DNA from: Elusimicrobiota bacterium
Lineage (GTDB): Bacteria > Elusimicrobiota > Elusimicrobia > UBA1565 > UBA9628
DNA: 52,493 nucleotides
Assembly (NCBI GenBank): GCA_027319565.1
Contig: DAHVNA010000010.1
Span: 1 to 52,493, forward strand
Reading direction: 5' to 3'
Shown: positions 1 to 6,850 of the stretch, in pieces
Numbering within the stretch: position 1 is the first letter of the stretch
Layout of the letters: each line of letters opens with the position of its first letter
The notes under the pieces: model-generated
The model's input: only the letters and a program-made list of their open reading frames with translations
Told to the model about the DNA's origin: nothing
Databases searched by the model: none
Translations under genes and position numbers: made by a program

Positions 1-2
1 AA

Positions 3-49
3 CCTTTTTATCGCAAAATATAAAATAAAAAGGCGTTATCAGGTATAAT
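3..49 (+). promoter_or_regulatory. Putative hipBST promoter/operator: inverted repeat CCTTTTTAT-N13-ATAAAAAGG (3-33) and -10 box TATAAT (44-49)
   Basis: Perfect 9-bp arms and a consensus -10 hexamer 9 nt before the hipB ATG. TA operons are typically autorepressed. Confidence 0.45.
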
Positions 50-58
50 TACAACAAA

Positions 59-268
59 ATGAAAAAGAACATCATCTCCGATTTCGTGAAAGAACGCCGT
101 CGCGCCGCCCGGCTCACTCAGGTCGAACTCGCGGCCAAGGCGGGGGTCGGACTGCGCTTTATCCGCGATCTTGAGCAAGGGAAAAACTCCCTACGCGCCG
201 ACACGGTGAACAAGGTACTCTTCCTTTTTGGCAAACGCCTGGGACCGGTGGATATGGACCGAGACTAA
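59..268 (+). CDS. hipB: HipB-like XRE/HTH transcriptional regulator (y4mF-like antitoxin)
   Basis: XRE HTH signature LTQVELAAKAGVGLRFIRDLEQGK. Stop overlaps the next start (TAATG). Confidence 0.85.
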   Translation: MKKNIISDFVKERRRAARLTQVELAAKAGVGLRFIRDLEQGKNSLRADTVNKVLFLFGKRLGPVDMDRD

Positions 269-594
269 TGAGCGCCCATCGCGCCGAAATTTTCTACGGA
301 GACAAACGAGCGGGAGAGCTCCGCAAGAAGGGCGAGGGCTACGAGTTCGAGTATGACGCGGATTATCTATCAAGCTCCCAAGCCCGGCCGATCAGCCTCT
401 CCATGCCTTTGCGAGCGGAAAAATACGAGTCGAAAACTCTCTTCCCCTTTTTTGACGGCCTGCTGCCGGAAGGTTGGCTTCTGGATTTGATTTGCGCTTC
501 GGCCAAAATAGACAAGAACGATAAATTTCGCCTGCTCCTGCATACCGGAGAAGACCCCATCGGGGCCGTCAGCGTCAAGGCGATCGAGGATTAA
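268..594 (+). CDS. hipS: Stand-alone HipA N-terminal domain protein (HipS-like antitoxin)
   Basis: Motifs PISLSMP, FPFFDGLLPEGW and DPIGAVSV typical of the HipA N-subdomain. Lies between the HTH and kinase genes. Confidence 0.8.
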   Translation: MSAHRAEIFYGDKRAGELRKKGEGYEFEYDADYLSSSQARPISLSMPLRAEKYESKTLFPFFDGLLPEGWLLDLICASAKIDKNDKFRLLLHTGEDPIGAVSVKAIED

Positions 595-595
595 T

Positions 596-1513
596 ATGAC
601 GAGCCGATGTCTCTGCTGTCAGAAGCCGCTAAAGGCCCCCGGCCGCTATCACCCGCGCTGTTTAATACGGCTTTTTGGCCGTCCGCGGGCGCCAATGATC
701 CCGTTCAAGGCCTCGGATCTGCCGGCGATAGTGACAAAAGACAAGAACCGCATGTCGATTTCCGGCGTTCAACCGAAGGCTTCTGTTTACGTCAACCAAG
801 AGACTTGGACGCTGGAAGCGGCGGCGACAGGCGGAACTCATATCTTAAAACCGGAGCCTGAACAATTCCCTCAGCTTCCGCAAAATGAAAACCTCTGCAT
901 GAACATGGCTGCGGAGTGGGGCCTTGGCGCGCCGCCTCATGGGCTTTTTGAAATGTCCGACGGGGAACTCTGTTACATCGTCAAGCGCTTTGACAGGGCC
1001 GAGGACGGGCGGCGGATCGCGAAAGAAACGATGTTCCAGATTCTCGAATCAACCGACAAGTATGCAGGGTCGCTCGAAAAAATTGGGAAGGCGATACGCG
1101 CTCATGCCGCCAATATCGGTTTGGACATGATCGATTTTTTCGAGCGGGTTTTGTTTTGCTTTTTGACCGGCAACGGGGACATGCATCAGAAGAATTGGGC
1201 TTTATTGGGCGCGCCACCGGAAGTCGCGCTGGCGCCCTGCTACGATCTTGTTTGCTCGCAGATTTACATCAAAAACGAAGATGAGACGGCCCTGACGCTC
1301 AACGGAAAGCGCAACGATATTAACCGGAGGGATTTTGAGGCTTTCGCCGCTCAACTAGAAATCGCTCCGAAAGCGTCCCAAAGCGTCCTTGACAAGCCGC
1401 GAAAGCAAGAATGGGCGCTGCGCGAGATGATCGCCCATTCAGAACTTAGATCCGATTTGAGTCAAGAAATGCTCGACATCTTTTCCTCGCGCTATAGGCG
1501 GCTCTATGGATGA
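596..1513 (+). CDS. hipT: HipA-family Ser/Thr kinase toxin (HipT-like)
   Basis: Gly-rich loop MSISGVQPK, ILKP, NENLCM, RFDR, catalytic GNGDMHQKN and APCYD motifs. Confidence 0.85.
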   Translation: MTSRCLCCQKPLKAPGRYHPRCLIRLFGRPRAPMIPFKASDLPAIVTKDKNRMSISGVQPKASVYVNQETWTLEAAATGGTHILKPEPEQFPQLPQNENLCMNMAAEWGLGAPPHGLFEMSDGELCYIVKRFDRAEDGRRIAKETMFQILESTDKYAGSLEKIGKAIRAHAANIGLDMIDFFERVLFCFLTGNGDMHQKNWALLGAPPEVALAPCYDLVCSQIYIKNEDETALTLNGKRNDINRRDFEAFAAQLEIAPKASQSVLDKPRKQEWALREMIAHSELRSDLSQEMLDIFSSRYRRLYG

Positions 1514-1535
1514 TGATCAAAAACAAAAAAATCCC

Positions 1536-1565
1536 TTGACCTTCGCCGGAAAGAATTGCTAGTTT
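1536..1565 (+). promoter_or_regulatory. Putative sigma70 promoter of the lipoprotein gene (TTGACC-N18-TAGTTT, extended TG)
   Basis: Hexamers at 1536-1541 and 1560-1565. GAGGTGG RBS precedes the ATG at 1616. Confidence 0.45.
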
Positions 1566-1615
1566 AAATCTCCCCGGAAAAACCGGGGCCGTCTATTTTA
1601 CAATCGAGGTGGAAA

Positions 1616-2203
1616 ATGAAAAAGAAATTCGTCTACGCTTCAAGCCTTTGCGCCGCACTGGCCCTGATCGCCTTTACGGCCTGCAAGAAAAGTAGCAGTT
1701 CGTCATCCAGCGGGTCCGTCACGGGAGCCATGGCGACCTTCGCAGATTACGCTTTTACTAACTCCGGGGTTAAGTCCTCAGCCTTGGCGATTCGCCCAAG
1801 AGGTAGCAGTTGTCAGAGTCCAGTCTCAGGAAGTTTAACCTATACCCAGACCACTACAGGTACTGCTAACTGCCCTAGCGGCGATACTCTTTATACACTA
1901 ACTGGAAGTGAAACTATAGCTATAAGTAGTTGTGTCGCAAATGGTTACACGTTTAGCGGACAGTTCAGCTTCGGTCCAGGCTCTAATGCCTATAATGTTT
2001 GTATTTCTACTTCTAATAGCCTTGTCAGCATGGGGGGGGGAATCACATTGCAAACGACTTCTCCATTGTCTATAACAGGGAACGGCTTCCAGGGTCAGAC
2101 ATGTTCGGTGGATTTAGCCCTAGCCATGAGCGAATCTAATGGCACCTATAGCGGTTCGGTCACTGGAACTGCTTGCAGCCAAACAATTAATTCGAGCTTC
2201 TAA
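1616..2203 (+). CDS. Ser/Thr/Gly-rich lipoprotein of unknown function
   Basis: Signal peptide with lipobox FTAC, poly-Ser linker, beta-strand-like mature region with 6 further Cys. Confidence 0.75.
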   Translation: MKKKFVYASSLCAALALIAFTACKKSSSSSSSGSVTGAMATFADYAFTNSGVKSSALAIRPRGSSCQSPVSGSLTYTQTTTGTANCPSGDTLYTLTGSETIAISSCVANGYTFSGQFSFGPGSNAYNVCISTSNSLVSMGGGITLQTTSPLSITGNGFQGQTCSVDLALAMSESNGTYSGSVTGTACSQTINSSF

Positions 2204-2212
2204 GTCTCTCCA

Positions 2213-2250
2213 AAACAGCCCCGGGCCGAAAGCCTGGGGCTGTTTATTTT
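2213..2250 (+). terminator. Rho-independent terminator
   Basis: Hairpin AAACAGCCCCGGG-CCGAAAG-CCTGGGGCTGTTT followed by ATTTT. Confidence 0.85.
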
Positions 2251-2330
2251 TAAACGTTTAAATCGCCGTCAAATAAGTTAGAATATCGCCCGTGTTCGCT
2301 GATTTAAAACATCAAAATCAAAGGAGAAAA

Positions 2331-3632
2331 ATGACAAATAAAAGGACCGGACGCCTCTCGTTTTTTCTTTTACTTTCCGTTCTTGCCCTGACTTTCCGTT
2401 CCGCTTTCGCGGAACAATGGAACGTTTTTGACCCGCGCGCGATGGCCATGGGAGGAACCGGGGTCGCCAGCGCCAACGGCGCTATCGGCGATTACTGGAA
2501 CCCGGCGTCCTTAGGGGAATCCGACAGCCCTTCCGGCTTTCAATTGCCGGTCGGCGCACACGCCAATATAGCCGGAAATGTGCTTCAAGGGGCTAACGAC
2601 CTTCAAAATATTTCCTGTTCTGGGTTTGGCTGCGCGCTTTACACCAATGAAATCAATACCGATTTAAACGACATCACCGGTTCCGGAAATGGAGCCTTGG
2701 CCAATGCCGGAGCGGGAATGGATTTCAAATTCGGCCATATCGCTTTTTTCGTCAATGAACTCGCCTACGGCGGCGCGCAAGGCCAACTCAACGGCGCGAC
2801 TGACACTTCCATCGCCGACTACATGCAAAATAATAATAACGCCACTGCCAGCCCGAGTTTAAAGGTGCAGGCCTTGTCGGCCACCGAAGCGGGTTTCGGA
2901 TACGGACATGAAATTCCCTGGGTGCCGGGGCTTTCCCTGGGCGGAAACCTCAAGGCCATCATGGGATATACCGGTTACGACAACAATTGCCTTTTCACCA
3001 ACGGAAATATCACCAATCTCTCCACCTGTTCTAACGCCAATAGCGGCGGGAAATTGCAGCTTAAAAACGCGCTTCAAGAGAGCGTTGCCCCGGGAGTCGA
3101 CCTAGGCGCCTTGTGGGACGTGGACAAAGCCTTTAAATGGATGCCGTTTCACCCTAAAATCGGAATCACGGGGCGAGACATTAACGACCCCAGCTTTTCA
3201 GAATCCCAGGCCGCGATGACCGACGGAGCGGGCGGGCAAATGGCCTTGGGCGGAAACGTGAGAGCCGGAGTTTCTTTAAGCCCCTTTCATTGGTGGAATA
3301 TTTCCGCCGATGTCGATTTAACGCGAAACGTGACCTTGGTTGACGGGCTTTTATATCAGATGGCCGGAGTCGGCACCGAAATTAATATTTTTAACCGGCC
3401 TTGGATGAATTTAGCCTTGCGCGCGGGCCTTGAAGACAATATCGCCTCTCCCACCTCGGCTTTGATCGCGACCGGCGGCTTTGGGCTCAACATCTTCCAC
3501 TTAATGGTGGATTTGGGCGTTCAAATTACGCCTCAGATGCAGTATCTTCAGACCACCCAGGGCGGAAGCTCATCGTCTCAACAAATTCCGTCCGATATCG
3601 CCGGATCTCTTCAGATCGGGTTAATGTTTTAG
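2331..3632 (+). CDS. TraF_2/FadL-like outer-membrane beta-barrel protein
   Basis: Signal peptide, N-terminal PRAMAMGGTGVA...YWNPASL motif, amphipathic strands, C-terminal Phe (LQIGLMF). AAGGAG RBS supports ATG 2331 rather than GTG 2292. Confidence 0.7.
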   Translation: MTNKRTGRLSFFLLLSVLALTFRSAFAEQWNVFDPRAMAMGGTGVASANGAIGDYWNPASLGESDSPSGFQLPVGAHANIAGNVLQGANDLQNISCSGFGCALYTNEINTDLNDITGSGNGALANAGAGMDFKFGHIAFFVNELAYGGAQGQLNGATDTSIADYMQNNNNATASPSLKVQALSATEAGFGYGHEIPWVPGLSLGGNLKAIMGYTGYDNNCLFTNGNITNLSTCSNANSGGKLQLKNALQESVAPGVDLGALWDVDKAFKWMPFHPKIGITGRDINDPSFSESQAAMTDGAGGQMALGGNVRAGVSLSPFHWWNISADVDLTRNVTLVDGLLYQMAGVGTEINIFNRPWMNLALRAGLEDNIASPTSALIATGGFGLNIFHLMVDLGVQITPQMQYLQTTQGGSSSSQQIPSDIAGSLQIGLMF

Positions 3633-3660
3633 AAGTTAAAAATAAGGAGGAAGTAAATCG

Positions 3661-3783
3661 ATGAAAAATGCGCGCAAAGCCTTCGCTTGGGTCATGGGAG
3701 CGGCTCTTTTTGTTCCCGCCCTGGCGTTAGCTCAAAACAACATGAACGGCATGAACATGCCTCAAAACGGCCAGCAACAGGCC
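3661..3783 (+). repeat. 123-bp direct repeat, copy 1 (shared 5' end of the two paralogues)
   Basis: Near-identical to 4170-4292. Confidence 0.9.
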
Positions 3784-4017
3784 CAACCGGCCGCGACCCC
3801 GACCCACAAGAAACCGGCCCATGCCAAGCACAAAGTCAAGCACCACTGGAAAAAAGGGCACTCCAAAATGGCGAAACATTCCAAGGCTCACAAGCATTGG
3901 AAAAAACACAGCCATCTGGCGCATCACAAAGCTAAAAAAGGAAAGCATCACAAGCATCCTAAGAAAGCCGCCCCCCAGAGCGCGACCCCAACTCAAAACC
4001 CTCAACAACAGCAATAA
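3661..4017 (+). CDS. Secreted His/Lys-rich low-complexity protein (paralogue 1)
   Basis: Strong RBS AAGGAGG, signal peptide ending ALA-Q, 16 His, no Asp or Glu. Confidence 0.8.
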   Translation: MKNARKAFAWVMGAALFVPALALAQNNMNGMNMPQNGQQQAQPAATPTHKKPAHAKHKVKHHWKKGHSKMAKHSKAHKHWKKHSHLAHHKAKKGKHHKHPKKAAPQSATPTQNPQQQQ

Positions 4018-4034
4018 AAATACGCATTCATTAA

Positions 4035-4070
4035 AAAAGGCCTCGCGTCTAGGGCGCGGGGCCTTTTCAT
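4035..4070 (+). terminator. Rho-independent terminator
   Basis: AAAAGGCCTCGCGTC-TAG-GGCGCGGGGCCTTTT hairpin. Confidence 0.8.
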
Positions 4071-4087
4071 TGTTTGAATAAACCAGC

Positions 4088-4114
4088 GAACTTTTTTGTA
4101 AACTAAACGTATTA
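4088..4114 (+). promoter_or_regulatory. Putative ECF-sigma promoter (GAAC-N16-CGTA)
   Basis: GAAC at 4088-4091 and CGTA at 4108-4111, matching the AAC-N16-CGT ECF consensus, upstream of paralogue 2. Confidence 0.45.
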
Positions 4115-4169
4115 GTAAAGTGGCCGCCCAAAGCGGCCTGGACTAGTCCAAACCAAGGAGGAGTACTCG

Positions 4170-4292
4170 ATGAAGAATGCGCGCAAAACCTGCGCTTTTG
4201 TGATGGGAGCGGCTCTTTTTGTTCCCGCCTTAGCGTTGGCTCAAAACAACATGAACGGCATGAACATGCCCCAAAACGGGCAGCAACAGGCC
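4170..4292 (+). repeat. 123-bp direct repeat, copy 2
   Basis: Near-identical to 3661-3783. Confidence 0.9.
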
Positions 4293-4700
4293 GCTTCACC
4301 CGCACAGCCTGCGGGATCTCAGGCTAAGCCGAGCTACAAGGACCTTCTCAACAAAAAGAAGGCCCTGCTGCAAAAAAAGAAGGCCAGAATCGCCAAGAAA
4401 AACAGCGACATAAAAGCCCTCTCGGCCAACGAAAAAAAAGAGATTGCCGCCGTCAACACGGACAAATCTCTGACGAAGGCTCAGAAAAAAGCCAAAATCG
4501 CCGCCATTAAAAAAGACTACGCCAACAAGCGCAAAGGTCTTTGGGCGGACTTTAAAAAAGACATGGACGGAATCGGCCATGATCTCGCTGGAGTAGGCAA
4601 GGACATGGAGTTCTGGAGATCTCATCACCACAAGCACCACAAGCACAAGATCGCCAAAGCCCCGAAATCGGCCCAACCGGCAGCGTCTGCGTCTCATTAA
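4170..4700 (+). CDS. Secreted Lys-rich helical protein with His-rich C-terminal patch (paralogue 2)
   Basis: RBS AAGGAGG, first 41 aa nearly identical to paralogue 1, C-terminal SHHHKHHKHK. Confidence 0.8.
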   Translation: MKNARKTCAFVMGAALFVPALALAQNNMNGMNMPQNGQQQAASPAQPAGSQAKPSYKDLLNKKKALLQKKKARIAKKNSDIKALSANEKKEIAAVNTDKSLTKAQKKAKIAAIKKDYANKRKGLWADFKKDMDGIGHDLAGVGKDMEFWRSHHHKHHKHKIAKAPKSAQPAASASH

Positions 4701-4712
4701 TCATTAGCAACG

Positions 4713-4755
4713 AAAAAAAGCCCCTGCGCGCTGTGCCGGCGCAGGGGTTCTTTTT
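4713..4755 (+). terminator. Rho-independent terminator
   Basis: GCCCCTGCGC...GCGCAGGGGT stem followed by TCTTTTT. Confidence 0.8.
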
Positions 4756-4785
4756 GGACACAAGTGCCTCTCCACAAAAGTCTCT

Positions 4786-4896
4786 CGTCATTCCGGCGAA
4801 AGCCATCCCTTGTCATTCCGGCGAAAGCCGGAATCCAGATTCTAGACCCCGGCTTTCGCCGGGGTGACGGAATTTACCTCAACACGAAAGCCGGAA
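4786..4896. repeat. CGTC-type REP-like palindromic element (inverted pair 4811-4869) with partial copies at 4786-4804 and 4885-4896
   Basis: GTCATTCCGGCGAAAGCCGGAATCCAG...CTAGACCCCGGCTTTCGCCGGGGTGACG. It translates as VIPAKAGIQ...LDPGFRRGD, typical of this dRS3/RPE-like class. Confidence 0.8.
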
Positions 4897-4916
4897 AATC
4901 AGGGGTTCTTTTTGGC

Positions 4917-6221
4917 ATGAAAAAAAGAAGCATCGTTATCGGCGCGCTTATCGCGTCCTTATTTTCAACCCACGCTTACGGAGCCCAGGTTCTTTCCCTT
5001 CAAGACGCGATCTCTAAAGCCGAGCGTTTTTCCCCCCAGGCCGTTATCGGTTTTTTGCAGGAAGCCCGCGCCCATTTTGCCGCGCAAGAGGCCCAAGACG
5101 CGCTTTTGCCCCAGGCCTCGGCCCTGGGAGATTACCAACAATCCAACAGTCAATCCATTCAAGCCATCGACATCAACCAAGCCACTTTAAACATCGCTCA
5201 AAACATCTCTCCCTTTTCGCCGCAATGGGTTTTAGCGCGCCAGAAAAGAGCCGAATACCGGGCGGCAAAAGCCGAACATCTCGCGACGGAAGAAGACGTC
5301 GAACTCGAAGTTAAAACCTTATATCTGGCCATTTTGAAAGAACAAGACTACCTGACAGGCTTTAGCCTCCTTCAAAAGAAATTAAAAGCGATGAAAGCCG
5401 CCTTGATTCCCCGCTACAGCGTCGGCAGGGTTCCGCCCTTTGACTTGGTTAAAATCGAAATGGAGCTTAGCAGTCTCGACAAAGACCAAGAATTGACCCA
5501 AGCCCAGTTATCCGCCGACAAGGAAAGCCTCGCTTTAATTACGGGGTTTAAAAGCGGAAATGAGATCGAACTTGAGGCGTTAAAGCAAATTCCTCCCCTG
5601 CCGTTTAACCAAGATTCTTTCGCGAAAAACACAAACCCGCGTCTTCTCGCTTTAACGCGTCAAGTCGAATCTTCCGCTCTGGCGGTCAAAGCCGCGCGAT
5701 ACGAACGATATCCTTCTTTAAACGCCGGGCTTAACTACGGCTATGAAGGCTCAAACGGATTTTTCAATCTCGTTCCCAATACCAACTTCCCGGGAAACAT
5801 CTACGGCCTGCCGCTTGAGTCGGGCTGGAACGCGTCTTTGTCTTTAAACTTGCCGATATGGGACTGGGGCCGGATTTCCTCAAGAATATCGCAAAGGGAA
5901 GAAGAAGCGGCGATGGTCAAAAGCCAGCTGAGTCTTGAACGGCAATCTCTTCAAGTTCGGTTTATCAAATGGGAAAAATTGGCCGAGTCCCATCTCGCCG
6001 ACAAAAAAAGGATGGATCTCCTTTTGCCCCAGACCAAGGAAGCGGCTAAAATTCAAATCAAACGCTATCGTTTGGGAGCCAGCGGAATTTTAGAGGCGGC
6101 AGACGCTCTGGATATCTGGCTTAAGACCATGGTCTCGGAAAGAGACGACTATTATTCCTACCTTTCCGATCTCGCCCATATCGAGCATCTGATGGGGCAA
6201 AAAGCCATTAGCTATGAATAA
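4917..6221 (+). CDS. TolC-family outer-membrane efflux protein (CzcC-like)
   Basis: Signal peptide from ATG 4917, LSLQDAI start, YPSL and LNLPIWDWG motifs. The ORF-track extension to 4764 runs through the repeat element. Confidence 0.85.
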   Translation: MKKRSIVIGALIASLFSTHAYGAQVLSLQDAISKAERFSPQAVIGFLQEARAHFAAQEAQDALLPQASALGDYQQSNSQSIQAIDINQATLNIAQNISPFSPQWVLARQKRAEYRAAKAEHLATEEDVELEVKTLYLAILKEQDYLTGFSLLQKKLKAMKAALIPRYSVGRVPPFDLVKIEMELSSLDKDQELTQAQLSADKESLALITGFKSGNEIELEALKQIPPLPFNQDSFAKNTNPRLLALTRQVESSALAVKAARYERYPSLNAGLNYGYEGSNGFFNLVPNTNFPGNIYGLPLESGWNASLSLNLPIWDWGRISSRISQREEEAAMVKSQLSLERQSLQVRFIKWEKLAESHLADKKRMDLLLPQTKEAAKIQIKRYRLGASGILEAADALDIWLKTMVSERDDYYSYLSDLAHIEHLMGQKAISYE

Positions 6222-6846
6222 GCGCGCCCAAAAACTCGGCTTGATTTTCTTGCTCGCCTTTTCGGCGTGCTCAAAAAAACAGCGCTTTAAAATTGGGGCT
6301 TTGCCCAGCGAAATATCCATCTCTCAAGCGAAAATCGAAAACATGAAAACCAAGATTCCCGCCTACGGCATCGTCATAGAGAGAAACGGGAGAAAGGCGC
6401 TTGAAGTCAACATCGAAGCCGGAGACACTCAAAGCCTTCGTGTCGGGCAAAAGGCGAAAGCCTTTATCGGTTCCAATACAAAACCTATTTCCGCCAAGGT
6501 TTCTCATATCTTGCGCGCGGTCAGCTCGGAAACCGGGCAATCCTTGGCTTGGCTCAGTCCGAGCCGAAAATCCTCAATTACTCCGGGGCAGTTTGTCACC
6601 GCCTGGATATACACCTCCCAAGAAAAGAAAGTCATCGCCATTCCCAAGCCCGCCGTCTTGCTTCGCGGCGGAAAGAAATTTGTGGTGATAAAGTCTCAAG
6701 ACCATTACCGGGTCCAGGAAATTCAAACCGGAATATCCTCGGGCAAAGAGATCGAAGTCCTAGACGGAGTCAAAGCCGGCGACTCTGTCGTCACCCAGGG
6801 CGGAATATTTTTTCTCTACCCTGATTTTAAGGCGGCGGAAGATTAA
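6214..6846 (+). CDS. Short RND periplasmic adaptor (membrane fusion protein), lipoprotein
   Basis: Lipobox FSAC, C-terminal AIPKPAV...IEVLDGVKAGDSVVTQG MFP signature, located between TolC and RND genes. Confidence 0.8.
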   Translation: MNKRAQKLGLIFLLAFSACSKKQRFKIGALPSEISISQAKIENMKTKIPAYGIVIERNGRKALEVNIEAGDTQSLRVGQKAKAFIGSNTKPISAKVSHILRAVSSETGQSLAWLSPSRKSSITPGQFVTAWIYTSQEKKVIAIPKPAVLLRGGKKFVVIKSQDHYRVQEIQTGISSGKEIEVLDGVKAGDSVVTQGGIFFLYPDFKAAED

Positions 6847-6850
6847 ACTC

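Noticed and set aside
1790..2100. Diversity-generating retroelement target in the lipoprotein
   Set aside because: No template repeat or reverse transcriptase in the window, and no adenine-specific pattern can be shown.
2331..3632. Conjugative element suggested by the TraF-like gene and TA locus
   Set aside because: No relaxase, T4SS ATPase, integrase or att site is visible in the window.
3727..4697. Antisense ORFs of 192 and 133 aa over the His/Lys-rich genes
   Set aside because: They are shadows of low-complexity sense genes, which have the RBS, signal peptides and terminators.
4786..4896. Repeats as a possible CRISPR array
   Set aside because: Copies are partial, inverted and irregularly spaced, with no unique spacers and no cas genes.
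4764..4916. 51-aa N-terminal extension of TolC in the ORF track
   Set aside because: It is the translated palindromic repeat. The signal peptide begins at ATG 4917.
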